Source: Eledone cirrhosa (lineage: Eukaryota). From it: DNA of 64,000 nt. The notes under the pieces are model-generated. The model was given only the letters and a program-made list of their open reading frames with translations, made no database searches and was not told where the DNA came from. Both the position numbers and the translations under genes were made by a program. This document shows, in pieces, positions 55,718 to 64,000 of the stretch. The stretch is taken from assembly GCA_964016885.1 (NCBI GenBank), contig OZ024742.1, forward strand, positions 36,146,001 to 36,210,000, read 5' to 3'. Numbering within the stretch: position 1 is the stretch's first letter; every line of letters begins with the position of its first letter.

Positions 55718-55911
55718 ACGCACAGCCTGCTTTCGCCGAAAATTATAGAAGCTGGATGCTTATAGAATTCCAGTAATAATCAGGAGGTGATTATACAGAG
55801 CCATTGCCGGTCCAGCAAAATTAGGTATTAGGATTGGTGCTCTGAAATAGCGATGTATACATGAATGTATGTATAGCATATTTGGCAATAATGTTTAATT
55901 AAAAACATTTA

Positions 55912-56018
<107 letters not shown>

Positions 56019-56700
56019 AATATTGGATAGCAGTTAACAGCCCTGAGTTCGTCAACGATTTGACGGTTTTATTTTTCCTCCTGCAAACTTTAATCTGTTA
56101 TTTTAATATATATATATATATAAGCACAAAATGTAGACACCATCCCCAGGCCGAGGTATTCCGTACTTCTCTGTACTGTTTCAGAAAGGAGGGATAAACA
56201 TGCCATTCTATGTTTAGAATCCCGAGCAACGGCGGGCCATTCTGCTAGTATTTATTAAAATAACAGATTAAAGTTTAAGCAAAGAATCGCTGCTTTCACC
56301 CTTAACGGGACCTTCTGAAACTAAAAAAATCAATCTGTGAACGCAGAAGTAAATATTTCGAAAGAAAAAAAGGAAGACGATACTTTGGTTCATGAAGACG
56401 TTCCCTGGCAATGAACGGAAAATAGCGAAGATAATACGTCATCAATGAGATCAATGTTTGTCATAATGTCGTAATGCAGACAGCCAGACATACAGGCAGA
56501 TATTATAAGGGAGAGATGTTAAAGCTGCCTAATGCGGTCCCTAGCGCATTGAAAATTCGAAATATTTTTTGCTCAAAACACTCACACGACCATAAGTATT
56601 ACATGTGTAAAGTTCGAAAAAAATCGGTTGGGTGGTTCTCCAGTTTTAGGGAGTCAGACAGCCAGACAGACAGACATTCTCTGTTTTAGATATATATATA

Positions 56701-56776
<76 letters not shown>

Positions 56777-57273
56777 ATGTGTGTGTGCATATAAATGCTA
56801 ATGCATCCCTCTAGATCAGCATTGAAGAATGTTAAAATACTATGTTAAAATAATTATCAATTATTTTTTTAACTCTAGGGAAATATGTTACGTTTTAGTA
56901 AGAACAAGGGAAACACAAACATAATTAGATGTCTGGTGCTCTAGAGTTTTTGGTAAATCCTGACCCAAGGGGGACATCAAATGTGAGGTTTTTGTATGAC
57001 GAGGGCATTGTCACATGACATGAAATGAAGGAATTCCTTATGTACCTGTGTGTGATTTGAGTGAAGTGTATGTGTAAGTCATCATATGTTACTGTGTTGA
57101 CACGTGTTGGCACGTTGTGGCACGTGTTTGCAAGTGTTCGCATGTGTTGCTCACCACACATATATATATATATATATATGATCTCTCTATTTCCCTCTCT
57201 GGTGTTTGTCTGCCTTTCTGTCGTTCCATTCCCCCTCTTGTCTCTGCCTCTCTCTTTCTCTCTCTCTATATAA

Positions 57274-57448
<175 letters not shown>

Positions 57449-57589
57449 TGTGTGTGTGTATGTGTGTGTGTGTGTGTGTGCGTTTATGTGTGTCTGTGCG
57501 TACATATTAATACACATGTACACACACATATATATACACACAAATACATACATATATATATAGAGATACATTGGGGTGAGTCATATTTG

Positions 57590-58390
57590 TAGGGAAATTA
57601 TTACGCATATATTTAGAGATTACAGTTTGGTGCTCTGACTGCTATACCAAAAAGAAAATCGAAAGAAAATGTACTCCAATACTTGTTGATACTAACCAGA
57701 TTCCTCTACACCGCCAACACCGACTATACCTATCCTTCTCCGTCCCAGAAGCTTACTACTAGGCTCGTTGGATGGCTAAGGTTATATATGTAATCAAGAT
57801 AATCCTGTTCAAAGAACAACTTTAGCTTACACCACATGAGTCGAGAGGTCTATAAAAAGTCGCTTACACTTTGGTGCATGCAAAATTTTGGAATGAAGCA
57901 ATGGTTCCCAGATTGACTCCAAAGAATGATCTCCGTTTTATGAAGCTGCTATGAATATATCCTGACCACTAGATCGTAACTGTAGTAGACACGGTCCTTC
58001 GACGTTACCTGTGATACTTCGGAAGAGTTAGTAGACCTTTAGTGGACGAGAAGAAAACAATGTTCCAAAATGAAACAAAAGAAGAAAAAATGAAGGAGAT
58101 AAAGAAGGCCGGAGGAAAAGGAATGACTTTCGGCAACAAAGAACTGAGTGACTTCGTTACGAAGAATACAAACAACTTTTTCAATCCACCCTAGATTGAT
58201 CTAAACAATTTGGATCTTTGCAGTGACGGCGATATAAAAGCATCTGTTGATGCCCTGAAAGTTGTGAATGACACTGCTGTGGGATATTTCTCTCATAAAG
58301 AAGTTTAATAATTCTACGGAGGATGAAAATCAGAAACAGTTCTTTCCAAAAATTGTTGTGGAGCAAAGGAAATAAGTGCCCCAGAGGGCA
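57590..58390 (+). pseudogene. Decayed DNA transposase fragment, hAT-like
   Basis: Manual translation gives ARWMAKVIYVIKIILFKEQL (~57763) and ALKVVNDTA (~58252); many stops. Confidence 0.55.
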
Positions 58391-59134
58391 AAGGGGCCAT
58401 GTCCGGTTATACATTTCATTCATAAAATGTGTTTCTTAACCCAAATATTATTGTGTAGAACGTACTCCTTCTTATTTTCATTTCATTTTCTTCTGCCGTG
58501 TAGTTTCCTCATTGAAACAAGTGAACAGAGGGGGACAATAGACGACAGGCCAGATTAAAACAAACCGTCATAAAAGATTTGAAAGTGTGTAACCTCTAAA
58601 TATCATTCGATTGAGCTGTAATTTGGCACGTTTCTTTGTTTTATCAACTCAAACACGCGCGTAATCAACAGAAACTCTTTGGTACTATTTGTTCTGCATA
58701 GACACTATCAATCTAAGAGAGAGGAGGCTTTGAAGCTGATCATCAAAAAAACTTCCAAGATTAATGATGCAATATAAATGTCAAAGATCTATCAACTATA
58801 AAGATCTTTGAGTACAGGGAGGCTACGAAAAGTTTCAACAACAGAAACTTTTAACGGCTTTATAGCTGCCCTTGTTTACCATTTTTTATTTGTCTTCCTT
58901 TCTTCGCTTCTTCTACTTCCCACACACACATATATTTGGAAGATCACTGATGAAGGACCACTTTATTCATATGTAACCCATTTGCAACTCCGCAGCACGT
59001 TTATTCTCATATTTACACATATTTTTCCTCCCGCGGTGACCCGTCTATTTCTCTCTTACTGCTTCCTCTTTCTCTGTATCTTGTGTTGTTCAATTTCTAA
59101 CTAACTAAATAATATATATATATATATATATAAG

Positions 59135-59746
59135 AATTGTTTCTACATTTGGCACAAGGCCAGCAATTATCCCAGTTTATTACTGGCGCTTTATTTATCG
59201 ACCCCGTAAGGATGAAAGGCAAAACTAACCTCGGCGGGATTTGAACTCAGACCATAAAGGGACGTAACTCTTTGCTGCAAAGCATGGCGTCCGACCCTCT
59301 ACCAATACTGCCAATCCACCGCCCTTATATGTATATATACAATAATAATAATTGTTTCTACTTTTGGCACAAGGCCAGCAATTATCCCAGAACATTACTG
59401 GTACTTTATTTTATCGACCCCGTAAGGATGAAAGGCAAAGTTAACCTCGGCGGGATTTGAACTCAGAATGGCAGGGGCCGTAACTCTATGCGTCAAAGCA
59501 TGGCGTCCGACCCTCTACCGACACTGCCAATCCACGGCCCTTTAAATATAATAATAATAATTGTTTCTACTTTTGGCACAAGGCCAGCAATTATCTCAGT
59601 GCATTACTGGTACTTTATTTTATCGACCCCGTAAGGATGAAAGGCAAAGTTAACATCGGCGGGATTTGAACTCAGTCTGTAAATGGACGTAACTGTGCTG
59701 CAAAGCATGGCGTCCGACTCTCTACTGATACTGCCAATCCACCGCC
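59135..59746 (-). mobile_element. Three head-to-tail tRNA-SINE copies
   Basis: 59135-59323, 59350-59540, 59560-59746, separated by (taa)n-like tails; internal diagnostic bases differ between copies. Confidence 0.9.
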
Positions 59747-59806
<60 letters not shown>

Positions 59807-59808
<2 letters not shown>

Positions 59809-62800
59809 TTTCTTTATTAACCACAAGGGTTTACATAAAGTAGACATTAAGGACAGTGCAGGACAATGCAGGACGGTACAAATGGGCATTTCTGCGTGTA
59901 AAAAACAAAAACAGAGGATGTAACAAAAAATAACAATGAAAAATTCCCCAATAGGGGGGAGACTTCGGAGGGACATTTGTGGAGAAAGCCCAGTAAAAGA
60001 CCACAGTGGCCCTGACCACCAGGGCAAGTGCCCTCTCCCAGTTTTCCACCTTTAATTTACAGACACATACTCAGAGAAGGCCCATTTATTCGGGCCATAC
60101 TTGTTTCTCTCACCAATCTTTCAACAAAATGCTGGGAAGAGAGCACTTCCCTCTCTACCCTGATTTTCCTTTTCAAATGAAATTTGAAAAAGTTAATCAG
60201 GGCATCACCGAAGAGGTAAGTGCTCGTCTTCAGCCCTTTCAAACGTGTCCACCATACTATCTCTTTCGCCATGGCCACCAGACAGATAAAAACTGCCTGC
60301 CCTTCCAGGCTAAAGGAAGGGGGCGGGGCAATCCTCACGATGGACTCAGCTGATAGCTGGATCCGTCCTACACGTGACAGCAGGTGTTCGACATAAACCC
60401 ACAAGTCACTGGACGAGTGCGTGCAGGACGGTTTCGTCGCCCTGTGCGCATCTCGGACATGCCCGGCTGACGGCACCTCCATGCCTGTAGAGTTTATCCC
60501 GAACTGGCAAAGCTCCTCGGTAGCACTGCCAGGCCAGGGATTTCTGGAAGTTGTCCATAGGCCCCGGCCCGAAAGTCCTTCCGAAGAGATTGGCTAGTTG
60601 ATTTTCGTCGACGCCTAGAGTTTCTCCAAGTACGTCGTCGCTCTTCCCCTCCACTAATCCCCTATAGAACGCCAAGGTGGAGTTTCCACCGATCACATTG
60701 CCCGATTGGTCGAGGGCTGTGAGCGCCTGAAGACATTCCAGTCTTCAAGCGCTCCCTCTCGGTCTTCGCTTGACCCAGGACTGCAGCTCCGTCAAGGAGA
60801 CGAGCTGGGGAAAAACGTGTCTAGCAAACGGCGACCACACCTGATCACCGTCGAGGAAGAGGTGGAGATGTCGTAGCCTGAGCGCGTGTCTGCGCATCAT
60901 CAGCCACGGCATGCCCAGCCCTCCACGTAGCGGGTGTTGACAGCAGATGAACCGCCTGACCATCGGAGCGCGTCCCTTCCACAAGAAGCGAAAGAGCAAA
61001 CGCTCCAGCGCAGCCAGGCGGGGCTTAGGACAAGGTACGACGGTCAGGCGGTAGTAGATGACGGATGCGATGTACGCATTCGCCACCTCCGCTCGACCTT
61101 TCAGGGATAGCTTCCTCTCGGCCCATTTCTGGGTGAGAGAAGCCACCCTGCTCGTCACCTCGTCCCAGTTTTTGTCCGTCTGGAGGTCTGGACCGAACCA
61201 GACCCCTAGCAATTTAACCGGTCCGTCCGTCCAGCGCCCGACGACGCTGTTGGACGGCATGGACCTGCCTCTCCAGGTGCCGAGCTGCAGGCCCACTGAC
61301 TTTTCCTGGTTGATCATTGCTCCTGTCACCGCTTCGTATTCTCTTAGTGTAGTGCCGATCGCCTCGATGTGTTTGGCGTTCGACACCACTACGGTGACAT
61401 CGTCGGCATATGCTGACACGGATCTTCCGCATCCTAGTTCGTTCGGGACCCCCCTCAACGTCTCCAGTTTGTGCAGTAATGGCTCGAGAGTCAATACGTA
61501 CAATAGGGACGAGAGGGGACATCCTTGGCGGACCGAGCGCATGATGTTGAACGGTTCCGAAAGGTGACCGTTCACTCTCACTACAGAGCAGATGTCGCTG
61601 TGCATGGCAGCGATCCAGCCTCTGAAGACGGGCCCAAAGCCAGCCGCCCTCAGGACTGCCGCTAGGTAACGATGGTCGACCCTATCGAAGGCTTTCGACT
61701 GATCTAAATTGATCAAAGACCCACCCGTGCCAGGTTCCCTAGCTACCCTCTCTACGATGTATCGCATGAGGTGGAGGTTGTCGTGGATGGATCTGTCGGG
61801 AATGGCGCATGTCTGTGCCTCTCCCACCAGACCACCAACGACAAGCGCCAACCTCTTTGCTAGCACCTTGGCCAAAATCTTGAACTCTGTGTTTAGCAGA
61901 ATGATGGGCCTAAAATTATCTATGTTATCCCCCTTGTTCGGATCCTTTCTCAGCAGTGTCACTGCTCCTCGGCTCACAGAGCTGGGAATTCTCCCGTTCT
62001 GTTGCCAGTTGCAGTAGACGTCCGCCAAGAGGCCTCCGAACAAGTTTGGCATTTGTACGTAAAGTTCATAGGGCAGACCATCCAAACCAGGCGATTTACC
62101 CCTTGTGCAACTAGTCATTGCATCCCGTACTTCAGCGGTTGTTATCGGCTTTTCGCAACACTCCGCCTCAGTGGCCGAAAGCCGCGGCAGTCCGTCGAGG
62201 TAGACACTAAAGTCCATCCCTCGATCCGGCCCGCCACTGCCCCCGAACAGTTGAGCGAAGTGTCGCTGAAAAGCTTCACACATTTGCCCGGGATCGAGTA
62301 GCATGCGCCCGTCGTGGTCCACCAAAGACCGGATCGTGGCTTTGTTGCCACGACGCGCCTCCGCCACTCGGGCCCATTGAACGGCTTTCGTCCCCTCGTG
62401 TCTGAGAGCACGCACCCTAGCTCTGACAACGCAGCCTTCGTGCTTTGCATTGAAGAATTGGTCAAGGGCCAATTTCGCCGCAAGTACGTCGGTCGCGATG
62501 CCTTAGCTAAGCGCCTCATCTAATTTTCTAACTAATTCTCCCTCTGCTCTATTTTTCTCTATTGCTAAAGTCTTAATAAACCTAATGGACTCTATTCTAA
62601 TTGCTCTTTTCAGAGCAAACCACCACTTGTTGTTGACGATGGCCCCCGTCAACGCCCGCTTAACTAGTTCGCTAATCCGGTCTCTGTAGGCCTTGCGCGC
62701 TGGTAAGGACGCGTTTAGCTTCCAGTAGCCGGGTCCTCGTCTATGAAGCCTATCTAAGTCAAGCACACAGATCACGAATTTGTGGTCCGTGTAGCTGACT

Positions 62801-64000
62801 ATCTTGAATTGTGGACAGCCTATGCTAGACCTATCTATTTCCCTACAAAATACTCTATCTAGATATGATCTGGATGACCCTATGCGATTTGTCCAAGTCC
62901 ACATTGGTACATTCGGGAAATCCATTCGGTACCTGTCAGACAGTTCAAAACGTCTGAGCAGGTTGGTGAGACTCTTTGACCCTCATTCCCTATCCACTAA
63001 TCCCACACAATCCCAGCGTGCATCTAAGATCCCGTTCCAGTCGCCCACTAACACTAAAGAGCGGGACGTTCCAAGAAAGGTCTCCAGACGCCGGAAGAAA
63101 TCAGGCCGCCCTGCTCCTGTCGGGGCATAGACGGCCACTAACCTGAAATCTTGCCCGTCTCCGCTGATCACGTCCAGCACCACCAACTTACCTTCTGGGT
63201 CCAGGAAGATGGCCCGTATGGCAAGATCCAAACCTCTCCGAAAAAGCACAGCAATTCCTCCCTCCGATCGCGGACGGCTGGGAGATGCGTACACATCGTA
63301 GCCGCCGAAGATCGGTGCGAAAGCCTGTGCTTCGGAGATTATGGTCTCGCTGATAGCCACTACATTTATGTTTAGTGACCTGAGATCGTTGAGCAGGTGG
63401 CCCTGCTTCCATGACGACCCCAAGCCACGCGCATTTATGCTGCCTATTCTGAGTGAGGTCATGTTGAAAAGGAGTGGAAAAGATGGGAAAGACCACTTAC
63501 ATTACTTCTCGTAGGGGAAGGACGGTTTTTCCATCCTTTTCACTGCTTGTGGCCTCCTCAGGAAGGATGTCCTTATAAATCCTCCTGGAGAGTGCTTGTT
63601 GGAAGTCTCCGATGTCTTTGGGGAATTTTTGTTTTAGTGTCATGTACGTTTTCTGTGTGATGCGAGTGATTTGTATGTGTGGAGGTGGTGTGAATTTTTG
63701 GGTTGTTGTGTAGTCTTTTTCTGTGATGCTGGTGTTGTGTTGGATGTAGTGTAATAATTGCTTGTTGTTCAAATTTAATGCTGTGTAGTGTGTATCGTTT
63801 TGGTTGTTTTGTTTTGTTTGCGTTTGTTGTGGGTTTGTTTCTGTTTCGCATTTTGGTGACTTTTGTGGTGTGGTGGTGGTGGTGTTGGGGTTAATGATGG
63901 TGATGGTGTTGGTGTTTGGGTTGATGGGGTTGGTGATGCTGGTGTGGATGGTGGCATATCTGTCCTAACTTTTTTGTTTGTTAATTTATTTGTTTCCCTC
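59807..64000 (-). mobile_element. Tx1/L1-clade non-LTR retrotransposon, frameshifted
   Basis: APE (SINARGL, VYAP, LVGDWN, YLDRV, TDH), RT (KSPGLDG, LDQSKAFDRV, VRQGCPLS, AYADD), C-terminal CPRC..ETVLH; AATAAA + (tta)n tail; runs off the window. Confidence 0.92.
60745..62472 (-). CDS. Tx1-like ORF2 reverse transcriptase segment
   Basis: 575-aa open frame with complete RT motifs; adjacent domains lie in other frames. Confidence 0.85.
   Translation of the reverse strand: MALDQFFNAKHEGCVVRARVRALRHEGTKAVQWARVAEARRGNKATIRSLVDHDGRMLLDPGQMCEAFQRHFAQLFGGSGGPDRGMDFSVYLDGLPRLSATEAECCEKPITTAEVRDAMTSCTRGKSPGLDGLPYELYVQMPNLFGGLLADVYCNWQQNGRIPSSVSRGAVTLLRKDPNKGDNIDNFRPIILLNTEFKILAKVLAKRLALVVGGLVGEAQTCAIPDRSIHDNLHLMRYIVERVAREPGTGGSLINLDQSKAFDRVDHRYLAAVLRAAGFGPVFRGWIAAMHSDICSVVRVNGHLSEPFNIMRSVRQGCPLSSLLYVLTLEPLLHKLETLRGVPNELGCGRSVSAYADDVTVVVSNAKHIEAIGTTLREYEAVTGAMINQEKSVGLQLGTWRGRSMPSNSVVGRWTDGPVKLLGVWFGPDLQTDKNWDEVTSRVASLTQKWAERKLSLKGRAEVANAYIASVIYYRLTVVPCPKPRLAALERLLFRFLWKGRAPMVRRFICCQHPLRGGLGMPWLMMRRHALRLRHLHLFLDGDQVWSPFARHVFPQLVSLTELQSWVKRRPRGSA

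Overview
Eukaryotic, AT-rich, microsatellite-saturated non-genic DNA. The SINE/LINE repertoire looks like an octopus or other cephalopod genome (inference). No host protein-coding exon is evident; nearly all ORF-track entries are translated (TA)n, (CA)n, (CATA)n or (GAT)n repeats. Real coding content is retroelement relics: a 5'-truncated RTE-clade LINE with three C-terminal C2H2 fingers, a near full-length R4/Dong-type RLE LINE sitting in (CATA)n, a Penelope-like element (RT + GIY-YIG) plus two PLE fragments, a Tx1/L1-clade LINE, an RTE endonuclease fragment and a hAT-like transposase relic. There are also Helitrons, MITEs, tRNA-SINEs and RTE-derived non-autonomous elements. The hidden layer is RNA structure. 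By manual folding I find about 25 type I hammerhead ribozyme motifs (intact or decayed), mostly in 0.2-0.65 kb non-coding units lying in (TA)n tracts as inverted or partial-tandem repeats. Three of those families carry a covaried U3-A8 core. Most striking, three sequence-divergent families (2752-2828, 32460-32530 and its copies, 43530-43599) hold all hammerhead core elements in a non-circularly permuted order (NUH, then GAAA, then CUGANGA), with covarying stems I and III and near-identical spacing. All ribozyme calls are by-eye folds and are untested.
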